Positions 25,560 to 38,864 of a stretch of DNA of 64,000 nucleotides are shown one piece after another; the stretch's first letter is position 1, and each line of letters begins with the position of its first letter. The notes beneath the pieces are model-generated. The model did no database searches, had not been told where the DNA came from, and worked only from the letters and a program-made list of their open reading frames with translations. The translations under genes and the position numbers were made by a program. The stretch spans positions 97,030,001 through 97,094,000 of the forward strand of contig NC_043003.1 of NCBI RefSeq assembly GCF_006345805.1, in the 5' to 3' direction. This stretch comes from Octopus sinensis (lineage: Eukaryota).

Positions 25560-26700
25560 AAGGTTTTTCATATGATTACAGCCATTTCATATGATTATAG
25601 CAATATGCATATTTAGGATCATAGAATCCAATTGTATATTACATAAAAAAACAAATGTATAACAGGGAAAGCTAACACATCTAATCATCTCAGAACCAAA
25701 CCAGGCAATATATCTTTCCAGTATGCGTTTAAGGTGGATCTTTTGATATCATGAATTGCTATTAGAATTATCTTCCCACACTGAAGAATATTAAGTTTTT
25801 CCCACCCCTGAAGCAGTAAGTTAGCTTTCTTTCATAGCACCCAGTAGCACTTTAATTGAATGTTTAGCATAATCTGTTGTAAAATTACAAATTATTCCTT
25901 AGATAAATGGTGTACTATATGAGGGTTATGAACAGAAATTACGGTGTTTTAATCCTTAGATAAATGGTGTAGTATGTGAGGGTTATGAACAGAAGTTACG
26001 GTGTTTTAATCGCACGGATGTGCCGGTGCATTATCAATTAGCTATAAAATTTTGAATACATTATTATCATTATTTTTTTTTCTGTATAAATTTCAACTTC
26101 AAGAACAAAGTTTCGATTAAGCCACTTTTCGAATACTGTGGCAGTCATCCAAGAATTTTTGTTCACACACCAACACACTTGAAGGGTATTTTTAATCAGT
26201 CCAATCATCCTATGAGGATTAAGAGCCCCATTAATTAATAATATTTTCATGAAACAATCGCCTAATGCATTAAAGCATAAGCATTACAGCATAATGATAA
26301 TGTGATTCGAATTTTAGATACTTAAAAACCCCAACTCTTCGTTTACTGCTCCTAGATAAAAGTTCTCTTTGGTATTCTCATCCAGAATAGGCCGGTTTCA
26401 TCAGCTTTATTTGTTTTAAAGAACAGGAACATTTTTCATTTATTTTAACTAATTGTTGCAGAAATTCTGCGTCAGGTTTCTCTTATTATTTGAATCACTT
26501 TCACATTGCAATTTGATATTACGTAAAAAGCTTAGATTTATGAGCATTGCTAAGTATCAATTACTGACAAAATAACAGGAAATATTTTCATTTTTTATAT
26601 AATGTTAATATCTATATGTTACATATGGTGTATGATTACGAATTAATTCAGAATCTACTGGCTTTGATATTTTCTTCGTATCTTTTGATTGTTCTAAGAT
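25560..26700 (-). mobile_element. pogo/Tigger-family DNA transposon relic
   Basis: ORF 26038..26250 encodes NPHRMIGLIKNTLQVCWCVNKNSWMTATVFEKWL..FVLEV, the DDE_1 NP.ALK...LPV.W..N.KAWMT..F..W pattern. Confidence 0.7.
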
Positions 26701-27285
26701 TGTTACTTCGTGTACATTAAACCGTTCTGCAGTTTCTGTGGAACTCTTTCTATGTTGAAGTTGGTTTGATATTTAAATTTTCATTTCAAGAGAAATCGAC
26801 ACGCTTGTTCGTTTTTTGGTTTGACATTTGGAGCTCTATTCTTCAATTTGGAAAATATTTAGCAAAGTATTTAAAATAATTCTAACCGATGCATTACTGC
26901 AGAGTGCGAATTAGCTCGCTAGCGAGGAAGCAAAATGAAAGGAAAATTAAAAGAAAACGAAAATGACGGAATGGTGTTTCTGTATACTTAAATATACAAA
27001 ATGTTTTCACCAATATTAAAACCATGCTGAGTACCGTATCAACCGAAGGCCAAATGTATGTAAATATGTATGCATGCGTGTGTGTGTGTGTTGTGTGTGT
27101 GTGTGTGTGTGGTGTGTGTGCACCTTTGAAATTATAATCTGTATGTTCAACGTCTTCCTGTTGTCCTGATTTACTGTTCTCTTCAGAAACCAGTAGCTGT
27201 CTCTCTTTCTTTCTTTCTTTCTTTCCTTTTTTCTTTCTTTCTTCCTTCCTTTCTTTCTTTCTTTCTTTCTCTCTCTTTCTTTCTT

Positions 27286-27320
<35 letters not shown>

Positions 27321-27599
27321 GAGTAGATACGGGGCTCAGGACATTGTGACACCGGATGATTAATTATGGGAAATTGAGATACATAACAGTAAATGCATTC
27401 CCAGGGTTTCGAAGAGCCCACCATGCAGAAGTTGGTATTGCTTGCATGCTCAGTGACTTTTGGCCAAATTCTTGAGATACTTAATTTCATAGATCTCCTT
27501 GTGACTCCGTATCATCTTGCAAAACAGCAACATAAAATTATTTTAGGAAAAAATTATCTCACTCCTTATAAGGCTCTGGCAACATAAATTACGTTTCAT

Positions 27600-29520
27600 A
27601 TATTTCCTCTATAACAGTGAAATTTTTTTTAAAACTTAAATTTTAAAACTTCTAGTATTTTTTATAATATAAAATTCCATTATTTCAGCAAGCAAATATT
27701 GTACATCTTAAATTCTATAATTATTTTGCACTTTCGCAAATTGTCTTGAAACCCGATATGAATCCTGAAGGCCTCACAAATTTTAGCAGATGCTACCAGA
27801 GCATACTGTTTTGCTTTTGATAAATTAGCAAAATGACTGCAGTATCTTGACGCTATCTCGGTTACAAGTAGATAAGTCTATTTACATTTATCAAAAATAG
27901 ACCCTGTTCTTAAAAATTCTTGAAATTTCGAGACAGTTTTCTGTCAGCAATCAGGACCTAACTATCTGGCACGTTCTAAAAAAAACGTGGTTTGCATCCT
28001 TTATGATCACACCCAGCCTTTCACAATATGTCAGAACACCATTCGCTACCCATCACCTTTGCTAAGATTATCTGATTCGAAAAGTGCTCTTGTAAAACTG
28101 AAATCCTTTTAGTCTTTCTGCTTTAGTACACACACATTTATTTGGAGTATATTTACAGTTGAATTTTAAAAATTTAATAGCAATAGGAAATGTTGATGGA
28201 TTTAAATCTTGAAATAAAATAGTCATTTCAGTCTATTACTACAAAATTATTTCACAGACTAAAAAGTCCATTAAAAATCCAAATAAAAGTCCATCATAAA
28301 TGTACTTCATTCTAATAAGAAACATGTTGTTTTTTCACTGCCATTCCTGAAACATATGGAGGAGTGTTTGAAAGGGTATAATACAAGTCACTTTCAAACT
28401 TTAATCTACTTCGTCTTCATTTGAAGCAAAGCTGAAGGTCTTGACGGACAAAGATAGAATGCTACAAAAGAAAGGTATCCACAGATAGCTCTTTCTGCTA
28501 ATTTTAGGGATGAATTGCAAGTCAAGGGCCGAAATTCCGTGATATATTTCTCTCAAAATATATCACTAGCTCCTGAATCAGTCTCTTAACCCCAGGAGTT
28601 CATCTTCACAGTCATCAGGATTTCTTTTAATTGACAATTTAAATGGATTTCGCATTAAATCCAACTCATTATCATATAGTTCTGGAAAATATCAACTGAG
28701 TTCATTGCGCACTGCCGTGGAACGCTCTATAATTTCATTTTCTGAAAATTCGCCACCAGAATTGATGACAGTTTCCCAAATACTGCAACATTAATATTGA
28801 CTTTTCTTTTCCAGTTCCCCAGTTTGCATATAAAAGCTTTGAAGGGGTTCATGAATTTTATGATGTTTGAATTCCTTCCTTGCATTTGAATATTCCGCTT
28901 ATGGAATCACTCAAGCATGATAACCAAACAGGCATGGCGCATTATCCAGTCTTCATCATTGAGCCATCTTATCCTGAACTTCAAAAACTAATTTGAGGTC
29001 ATCCTTGAGCTCAAGAACTCAGTTACATTTCCTTTTGAAAGCCATTCAACATTTGTATGAAAAAGGAGATTGATGGATTGCATCCATGTCAGTACAATAC
29101 TTGAAAATTGATGAAATAAGAGCTATTTGAGAATATTGACAACTACAATTTTATAATCCAAAAGCTTTTCAAGTGGAGTTGACAATTATTGTGTGGCTAG
29201 TGCCTGGCGATAGATCATACACTGAGTGCTTTACATTTTTGGTTCTTGCTTTTTCACACCATCTTGATATCTGGATAGTTCTCTATATGTACATCACCTG
29301 CATATATTTTCCCACAAAATATTTTCAATTGAAAGAAAGGGAAGACTTTTTCAACATATTTGGAGAATTGGTAGTGGTTTCGTGCGGAGAACAAAAGAGA
29401 AACCCATCTTTAAATAAACTAAATTCAGGAAATACTCCATATCTTGTAAACATCAGCATCTGAGAACACGATGCCATAGCAGTCAATTCATCAACTTATA
29501 CAGAAAATAAGTCAAAATAA
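27600..29520 (-). mobile_element. hAT (Buster/Charlie-like) transposase relic
   Basis: Minus-strand ..MQSINLLFHTNVEWLSKGNV..ELKD corresponds to the LLFHTEVRWLSKG motif. Heavily decayed; TIRs not identified. Confidence 0.65.
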
Positions 29521-29576
29521 GTCATGTTAATGGTTATGTCATTAATAAGTTTTTCTTAACAAAAACATAGAAAACG

Positions 29577-29621
<45 letters not shown>

Positions 29622-29668
29622 TATATACATATATACATATATACAAATATGTATATATATGTATATAT

Positions 29669-30077
29669 GAGTGGCTGTGTGGTAAGTAGCTTGCTTACGA
29701 ACCACATGGTTCCGGGTTCAGTCGCACTGCGTAGCACATTGGGCAAGTGTCTTCTACTATGGCCTCGGGCCGACCAAAACTTTGTGAGCGGATTTGGTAG
29801 ACGGAAACTGAAAGAAGCCCGTTGTATATATGTATTTGTATATATATATGTATGTGTGTTTATATCTTTGTGTGTCTGTGTTTGTCCCCTCAACATCACT
29901 TGACAACCGATGCTGGTGCGTTTACGTCCCCTAACTTAGCGATTCGGCAAAAGACACAGATAGAATAAGTACTAGGCTTACAAAGAATAAGTCCTGGGGT
30001 CGATTTGCTCGACTAAAGGCAGTGATTTTGCATGGCCACAGTCACATGACTAAAACAAGTAAAAGAGTAAAAGAGTA
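29669..30077 (+). mobile_element. SINE family A, full length
   Basis: A-box-like TGGCTGTGTGG, B-box-like GGTTCAGTC, internal (TA/TG)n, tail AAGTAAAAGAGTAAAAGAGTA. Confidence 0.9.
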
Positions 30078-30085
30078 TATATATA

Positions 30086-30957
30086 TAGTAATATAATAAA
30101 TAAATAAAATATATGCATATATACATACATATATGTACATACTTACATCTACATGTATAAATACATGCATATATATATATATATATATGAGTACAGGACA
30201 CCACAAATAAACGTAGAACACAACGAGAGACGAGAATATAAAATCAAACAAGGAAACGAACTTTTTTTAAACAACGAAAAAACAGAGTACAGGAGAAACA
30301 ATACAAGGAAAATTCCCCTTCATAAGCTGTCCCTGGTTCGACTCAAAGTGTGTTTCGAAGGTAAGGACAGAACACAGTCGAAGCAGTCCTTCCTGCAAAA
30401 GGAATTAAATAAAATTCTTTTGCAGAGGGGTAAAACAAGTGACAAAAACAGGACGTAAAAGCAATACAAATGAAGAAAAAACAACACAAATGAAGAAAAA
30501 ACAGTACAAATAAAGAAACAGGACAGGGAACAGACAATAAGGGCTTTTTTTTTTGCCTGGACGGTGGAAAAATTAGTTAGAACGCATGTGAAAAATCGGC
30601 TTACGAAGGAAGAAGTCGATCTATACTTGTTGAAGGACGAAGCTGAAAGAAAGTCTTAGTAACCCTCTGGTCAGGAGGAGGAGGAGGAGGAGAGAGAGAG
30701 GGAGGGGAAATAAACCAGAAAGGGTGAAAAATAAGAAGGAGAGAGACTAGTAGAGAGAAAGACAGACAGGCAGGGAGGAAAGGTCAAAGAGTGCGCGTCG
30801 TGATGATTCAAATAAAAACTTGGAGAAGAGAAATAACGCGTGCGTTCGGTCATATAGTAACTCTGTTTTTTCGTTGTTTAAAAAAAGTCCGTTTCCTTCC
30901 TTGATTTATTTTTTCTCGTCTCTCGTTGTGTTCTACGTTTATTTGTGGTGTCCTGTA

Positions 30958-31031
<74 letters not shown>

Positions 31032-31147
31032 TGTATATATATACATGTAGATGTAAGTATGTACATATATGTATGTATATGTGCATATATTTTTTTATTT
31101 ATTATATTACTATATGACCGAACGCACGTGTTATTCTCCTCTCCAAG

Positions 31148-31149
<2 letters not shown>
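30086..31149. repeat. Nested inverted duplications around a Penelope-terminus-like repeat
   Basis: 30086-30288 is inverted at 30860-31112. 30817-30860 is inverted at 31107-31149. Confidence 0.85.
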
Positions 31150-31221
<72 letters not shown>

Positions 31222-31223
<2 letters not shown>

Positions 31224-31298
31224 GGTACAACAGTGCATCAATATTTACTGGAATTAGCAGTCGATAATATAGTCAGATAGATAGATGGATAGATAGAT

Positions 31299-31378
<80 letters not shown>

Positions 31379-31718
31379 CATAAAGGATCGAGGTGTAGGA
31401 AGAAAGTGGGTTCAAGTAATCCGTTACAAAATATAAAAAGAAAAAAACTTTCAGGAACAATTGTGGATTATTGAGGCGGAAAGTGTTAATTATTCTTGTA
31501 TCAAAGTACGATAATATATATAATATATATATATATATATATAATATTATATATATATATATATATAATATATATATATATATATCGTACTTTGATACAA
31601 GAATAATTAACACTTTCCGCCTCAATAATCCACAATTGTTCCTGAAAGTTTTTTTCCTTTTATATTTTGTACGGATTACTTGAAACCCACTTTCTTCCTA
31701 CACCTCGATCCTTATATG

Positions 31719-31791
<73 letters not shown>

Positions 31792-31857
31792 CATCTATCT
31801 ATCTGTCTATATTATCGACTGCTAATTCCAGTAAATATTGATGCACTGTTGTACCAA
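31222..31857. repeat. ~640-bp near-perfect palindrome with (TA)-only spacer
   Basis: Arms 31222-31513 and 31583-31857, including (GATA)n/(TATC)n. The same peptide MRRKVLIILVSKYD appears on both strands in the ORF track. Confidence 0.95.
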
Positions 31858-31870
31858 ATTATATATATAT

Positions 31871-31914
<44 letters not shown>

Positions 31915-32220
31915 TAATATATATATATATATATAATACAGAGTGAAAGAGAGAGAAAGTTATATAATTATATAGAATGTAATTATAATTAAGCGCACAG
32001 AAGTTAACATGCCTATATGCTAGAAAGCGGTGCCAAATACGTCCAACCACTTCTGTGCCCTTAATCTTAATTGCATTCTATACAATTATATAGCCCTATA
32101 CATGAATTTTACTGAAAAGGTCACTGATAAAGTTCATTAATTTTAATGATGATTTTATCCTTTAATTACGTTTATATATAGATATATATACAGAGAAAAC
32201 AAGAGAGAGGGAGAGACAGA

Positions 32221-32251
<31 letters not shown>

Positions 32252-32800
32252 CGGAAAAGTAAATAGACACCATTACTTTTGAAAGATATGTTCCCTATTC
32301 TTTGACTATTTTCTGGAAGAAGATTCCCTCTAGCTGCTCTGCTATAGCAGGCAACTTAATGGAGATTCCTCACAAAATCACCTTGAGACTGACCCACAAA
32401 ATGCCCTCTAAAAATCAGACAAGTCTTTTGCATCTGGTATTGTATAATGTGTGTGTGTGCGTGCTTGTGTAAGTGTATGTAAAACGAACTGGAGACTTCG
32501 TATATTTTTTCCCATGGAAAAACAACTTAATACGTGATAACAAACTTAGACTCAGTTTTATGTTGTCAAAAGAGACGCCAAATCACCACACAGAGAGAAA
32601 AAATTTGAGATTCGTATTATATTTTAGTACATTTGACAGAGGAGATAAACAGAGTCAAATAATTAAATAGAGTGCACAGTCTTGTGAATGCAGTGAAAGT
32701 GAGACGAAAATTATGGAGAAAAGTTTGTACTGTAGACACTTTTTTCACACATCTAAAGTTTGTAATGACCTCCGACGAGGCCATTATATCAGAAGTGTAA

Positions 32801-33385
32801 GGCGGCGAGCTGGCAGAAACGTTAGCACGCCGGGCGAAGTGCTTAGCGGTATTTCGTCTGCCGCTACGTTCTGAGTTCAAATTCCGCCGAGGTCGACTTT
32901 GCCTTTCATCCTTTCGGGGTCGATTAAATAAGTACCAGTTACGCACTGGAGTCGATGTAATCGACTTAATCCCTTTGTCTGTTCTTGTTTGTTCTCTCTG
33001 TGTTTAGCCCCTTGTGGGTAGTAAAGAAATAGGTATTTCGTCTGTGGCTACGTTCTGAGCTCAAATTCCGTCGAGGTCGACTTTGCCTTTCATCCTTTCG
33101 GGGTCGATTAAATAATTACCAGTTACGCACTGGGGTCGATATAATCTACTTAATCCGTTTGTCTGTACTCGTTTGTCCTCTCTGTGTTTAGCCCCTTGTG
33201 AGTAGTAAAGAAATAGGTATTTCGCTCGTCGCTACGTTCTGTGTTCAAACTCAGATGAGGTCGACTTTGCCTTTCATTCTTTCGGGGTCGATAAATTAAG
33301 TACCAGTTGCGTACTGGGGTCGATCTAATCGACTGGTCCCCTCCCACCAAATTTCGGGCCCCATGCCTATAGAAGGAAGGATTAT
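32801..33385 (+). mobile_element. SINE family B (octopus OR-like) head-to-tail trimer
   Basis: Full head GGCGGCGAGCTGGCAGAAACG at 32801 with B-box GAGTTCAAATTCC. Units restart at GGTATTTCG at 33032 and 33216. Confidence 0.9.
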
Positions 33386-33589
33386 ATCGGAAGTATGCTT
33401 TTTCTTTACTTTCTTTTCTGAGCATACTACAAGAGGAATGTTGAGTTCAACAACAAGGAGAGTAGCTGTCGGGCTAGAAATAAGATGTAGACAGCAAACA
33501 GTTAATGTGTGACGGTTGTGGTGAGAGATTGATGGAGTGATTGAATAAGTGTGAGAGAGAGAGAGAGAGAAGGAGAGAGAGAGAGCCAG

Positions 33590-33990
33590 TGAATGACTAG
33601 GTGAACGAATGAGTTTGTGTATCAGTAAATGAATGGGTAAATGAATGAGTGAATAAGTGAATGTGTGATTGACTGAGTGAATGAGCTAGTGACTGAATAA
33701 TTGAGTGAGTAATTGGTTGGTTGATTGAGTGAGTGAGTGAATGAGTGAGTGAATGAATGAGTGAATGAGTGGGGTGTGAGATAGTCAGTGAATGAAGCCT
33801 TGATTGTGTGAGTGATTGAATGAGTGATTGAATGAGCGAGCGACTGAGTGAATGTATCAGTGAATTAATGAGTGAATGAGTGAACGAATGACTGAATGAA
33901 TGAATGAGTGAGTGAGTGAGTGAGTAAGTGAGTGAGTGAGTGAGTGAGTGAGTGAGTGAGTGAATGAGTGAGTGAATGAGTGTGTGAATG
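33590..33990. repeat. (TGAG/TGAA)n degenerate tetranucleotide tract
   Basis: Seen directly. Gives the THSL-repeat ORFs. Confidence 0.9.
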
Positions 33991-34404
33991 AGCAATTAAA
34001 GAATCGAAAGTGAAAGATGAACTTGCAGAAAAGAAAAGATATTTTGCTAGGAGGCAATAATAATGTAAGAGAATGCGGTGAATGGACGAATATAACGAAG
34101 GAGAAATATAAGAGTGTCGGTAAAAAAAGGCGGTTAGAAAGATAGATAGGTAGGTATGTAGAGAGAGAAAGAGAGAGCGACAGACAGACAGTGAGAGAGA
34201 GAGAGAGAGAATAATTGAAGGAAACAGGTGAAGAAATAAACTGAGTATATAGGGGAAATCTAACTGAAACATATAGAAGGGTGTGTTTGTTGCTGTGTTC
34301 ATTGTTTAGCCCCAGATCGGGACTAAGCAAGGGGAAACACCACCAAAAGTATTCAGGCATTCTGTTTTTTATTTTTTTTTTTGCTAAATGCAAGGGACAA
34401 TGAA

Positions 34405-34800
34405 GCACATTCATCATCATTGTTCGACCGTGGTCGAGACAATGGAATTTACCATGCTATGCCAGACTTCACGGTCCATCATGGCATTACGGAGGTCCTG
34501 TTGCTGGATGCCTGTATCCCTGGAGATTACATCAGGGTAGGAGAGTGTGCGCCCTCTGGTATTGCGAGTAGATGGCTTCCAGAGGAGAAGAGTAGAAATT
34601 ACCTCTTTTTCAGCTCTACAACAATGTCCAGCAAACTGGACTCTCTTACCTTTCACAAAAAGCACATTAACCAATATGCCCTGTTACAAAGACAGAAGGA
34701 TGATTTACGGGAAATTTGGCTGCTATTTCTCGCAGGTCGAGCTATCATGTATAGGTTTCCTCCCTTGTTCGCTTTGGAGGATGTAGTATTTGCCAGTGGT
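34405..34800 (-). mobile_element. RTE-clade LINE 3' fragment with (TGA)n tail
   Basis: QFAGHCCRAEKEVISTLLLWKP..RGRTLSYPDVISRDTG..DLRNAMMDREVW.. then TGATGATGA. Confidence 0.85.
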
Positions 34801-34992
34801 AAAAAGTGAGAGAGAGAGAGAGAGAGAGAATGTGTGTGTGTGTGTGTGTGTGCGTGTTCGCAATTAGGAGTATATAAGAGATAACGAGAGTGAGGGATAA
34901 GTAGAAGAAAGCAGAAAGGCTGAGTAAGCGAGATAGACAGACGGACAAATACATAGGCATATATGCATGCGTGTGTGCGAGCGTGTGTGTGT

Positions 34993-35035
<43 letters not shown>

Positions 35036-35394
35036 TGCAGAAAGACTGAGAGAGAAGGTATACTAAATTATGAAGTAAAAGGGGATTGGATATTGCGAGC
35101 TTGGATCGGAAAATGACCTGGAGAAAGAGCGGTAGGCCCAGGGACGAAATGGAAAAGCTGGTGAAGAATGAGAGAGGAAGATAATCTTGAGAAAAGAGAA
35201 CGAAGTAAAGGAAAAGCAAGGAAGAGAAGGAGGGAAATGAACATAGAGAGCGGTAGGCGTGGCTAGAAAAGAGCAGACGACAAGTTAGATAAACAGAACG
35301 CAGAGCAAAATATTGACAACAAGCAAGGTGAGAAGGGAATATTCCCAGAATCGAAGAAAATTTGGACGGAGGAAATGAGAATAAAAAGAAAAAT

Positions 35395-35463
<69 letters not shown>

Positions 35464-35508
35464 GGGAGAGAGAGGGAGAGAGAGAGAGCGAAAGAAAGAA
35501 AGAAAGAG

Positions 35509-35542
<34 letters not shown>

Positions 35543-35567
35543 GAAGAAGGAAGGAAAGAAAGAAGAA

Positions 35568-35603
<36 letters not shown>

Positions 35604-35817
35604 AAAAATGAATGATAGTTAAAAAGTAGGTTCGAGACAGAAAGTATCGGACAAGAAAAGAGAGGATGGTAAAGAAAAGAAAACGAACTAATAAACATAT
35701 ATGGGGACAAAGAAAGAAAAAGTTCCTAAATAAAAAGCATCGGAAGGACGTGTGAGAGAAAGATTTTAAGCGAGGGAGAGAGATAGAGAGACAAGGAAGA
35801 GTAAAAACAGTGAAAAG

Positions 35818-35896
<79 letters not shown>

Positions 35897-35931
35897 ATAG
35901 ATAGATTGATTGATAGATAGATAGATAGATT

Positions 35932-35976
<45 letters not shown>

Positions 35977-35977
35977 G

Positions 35978-36036
<59 letters not shown>

Positions 36037-36037
36037 G

Positions 36038-36093
<56 letters not shown>

Positions 36094-36752
36094 CAAGCGC
36101 TTTATTTAACTGAGAGGAAGAAAAGAGAGGAAGAACAATAAAAAGAATGCCAGAAAGATTAAAAAGAATGGATCAAGGAAGAAGAATGAAGGAAAAAAAA
36201 AAGGAAGGAAGAGAGGGAGGAAGGAAGGAAGAAAAGAAGGAAGGGAGGAAGGAAAAGGGAAGGAGTAAAGTATAGAATATTAAAACTAACACTGAAAAAA
36301 TAGAGATAAGATGTGTTGAGAAGGAAAATGAGAATGAGAAAAAAGAGAAAAAGACGTGAATGAAAAAAACAATGACTGGATGAGGGAGCGAGAGAAGAGC
36401 GGGGAAGGAGGAAATAAATAAACAAAGAAAAATATGGTGAATGAAAACAGTGAAAAGAAAGATAGAATGGAAGTTGAAGCATTAGGTTGGAGAAAAAATA
36501 GATAGAAAGAAAGACAGGATGCCAAAATGAGAATGAATGAGAAATAGAAATGAATAAAGAAACAAAACAGGGAAGAAAGGAAAGTGAAAATGAAGAAGGA
36601 AGGAAAAGGCAAAGAAGGTGAAAAAGAAAAGTAGAAAGAAAGAGGGTGAGTGAGAAAGGAAGGAAGAAGAAGGAAATAAAGGGAAGAGGCAAGAAAGAAT
36701 GAAGGAATGAAAGAAAGAGAGAAAGTGAGCAAGTGAGCAAGTAAGGAAGAAA

Positions 36753-36810
<58 letters not shown>

Positions 36811-36814
36811 AGAG

Positions 36815-37334
36815 AAAGATGAAAGATAGGAGGGGATATAAAAGGAGGAAAAAAGGAGAAAGAAAAAGAAAGAGAGAAAGAGAGAAAGAAAGATGAAAGA
36901 TAAGAGGGGATATAAAAGGAGGAAAAAGGGAGAAAGAAAAGGAAAGAGAAAGAGAGAAAGAAAGATGAAAGATAAGAGGGGATATAAAAGAAGGAAAAAA
37001 GGGAGAAAGAAAAAGAAAGGAAGAAAGAGAGAATGAAAGATGAAAGATAAGAGGGGATATAAAAGGAGGAAAAAGGGAGAAAGAAAAGGAAAGAGAGAAA
37101 GAGAGAATGAAAGATGAAAGATAAGAGGGGATATAAAAAGAGGAAAAAGGGAGAAAGAAAAGGAAAGAGAGAAAGAGAGAATGAAAGATGAAAGATAAGA
37201 GGGGATATAAAAGGAGGAAAAAGGGAGAAAGAAAAGGAAAGAGAGAAAGAGAGAATGAAAGATGAAAGATAAGAGGGGATATAAAAGAAGGAAAAAAGGG
37301 AGAAAGAAAAAGAAAGGAAGAAAGAGAGAAAAAA

Positions 37335-37368
<34 letters not shown>

Positions 37369-37458
37369 GTGAAAGAAAGATGGAAAGAAAGAAAGATGAA
37401 AGATAGGAGGGGATATAAAAGGAAGAAAAAAGGGAGAAAGAAAAAGAAAGGAAGAAAG

Positions 37459-37494
<36 letters not shown>

Positions 37495-37560
37495 GAAAGA
37501 TAGGAGGGGATATAAAAAGAGGAAAAGGGAAAGAAAAAGAAAGGAAGAAAGAGAGAAAGA
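36815..37560. repeat. ~74-bp polypurine minisatellite, 9 units
   Basis: The GATATA anchor starts at 36835, 36909, 36981, 37056, 37130, 37204, 37278, 37412 and 37509. Confidence 0.9.
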
Positions 37561-37639
37561 AAGAAATATAAAAGAAAAGAAAGAAGAAATATAAAAAGAA
37601 GATAGAGGAAGAAAGAAGGGGACGATGCAAAAAAGATTA

Positions 37640-37679
<40 letters not shown>

Positions 37680-37829
37680 GAAAGAAGGAAGAAATCGAGA
37701 GAAATGGACACTAAACTGCAAATTGTTTTGTTTTTCTATCTTGTTTGGTATTTCATTTTTAATTCGATTTTTCATGTTATTAGTTTACTTTTTTTTTTCT
37801 TTTTAATGAAAGACTAGAAAGTCTATGGA

Positions 37830-38666
37830 TGGGAGTAATGAGCGCGCGAGAGAGAGAGAGAGAGGGGGGGAGCTAAGAGAGGGAGAGAGGGGAGAGGAGG
37901 GAGGGAGGGAGGGAGGGAGACAAGAAGAGAGCGGTGGAGCATGAAACAATAGTTGGTCGGTGTAGCAACGGAGAGGAAGTGAACGAAAGTAGTGGATAAA
38001 CGCAAGTTGCTTGTTGCTTGTTGCTTTTTTGTTTTTTGCATCTTCTACCACATCTCTTTTATATGATCGGTTATATCAGTTGTATAATTTCGTCAATAAT
38101 ACTTGTGGAAGCGATTCCCTGCTATTTTGCTTGCAAGTGAGCTTCAAGTTGAGTGAGATGACGGTATAGTGTTCGCATCGGAGCGTTTGCTTTCTTCAAT
38201 TATACGCCATCGTTGGTTCATATTGATTTAATTACATACGTTGTTGATATTTTGGTTCTTGCTTTGATTTTTTTCATTGACTGAACTTTCTTTCTGTAAC
38301 TTGGTTTTTTTTTTTCCTTTTCTTTTCTTTATTAAGTATTACTTTTCAAGTATTGTTCTTTTAACTTAAGAACATCAAAATATCATTTTGTGAAAAAAAA
38401 AAAAGAAAAAAGAAAGAAAAGAGAAAAAGGCGAAAATAAAAAGATACGAAAGATAGCACAAAACGTATATAGTGAATTGGAATAGTTCAACTGTGAAACT
38501 AAACAAAAAACACAGAGAAAAATAACAAACAATTCTTTAACTATCACAACTTCGAGCAACAGCGTCTATATATGGGTGCAGCAGTTACGATAAACAGTAT
38601 CAACAACTTCAGCGCCAGTTCTTTACTTTTTACAGTCAATTATTTGCGATAAATCAACAGGTAAAT
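37830..38666 (+). promoter_or_regulatory. Candidate promoter / non-coding first exon of an unidentified gene
   Basis: GCGCGCG plus a GA-repeat/G-rich block is followed by ~700 bp of non-repetitive sequence ending in a donor-like CAG|GTAAAT at 38660/38661. Inference only. Confidence 0.2.
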
Positions 38667-38773
38667 GAACATATCTTTATCGACTTTATTTGTTTATCGC
38701 TTGCTTTAGCAATATCAACGTATAGACATTTTTATATAAACCATCGCTCTTTTAATATCTATGTCTGTATCTA

Positions 38774-38864
<91 letters not shown>

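Noticed and set aside
32801-32900. tRNA-like A/B boxes in SINE heads as tRNA genes
   Set aside because: No complete cloverleaf, and they continue into repeated SINE bodies.
36815-37560. Regularly spaced repeats as a CRISPR array
   Set aside because: No unique spacers, eukaryotic context and no cas genes.
36159-37775. 538-aa and 382-aa minus-strand ORFs rich in F/L/S
   Set aside because: They are translations of the polypyrimidine strand of a minisatellite, which lacks stop codons for compositional reasons. No domain content.
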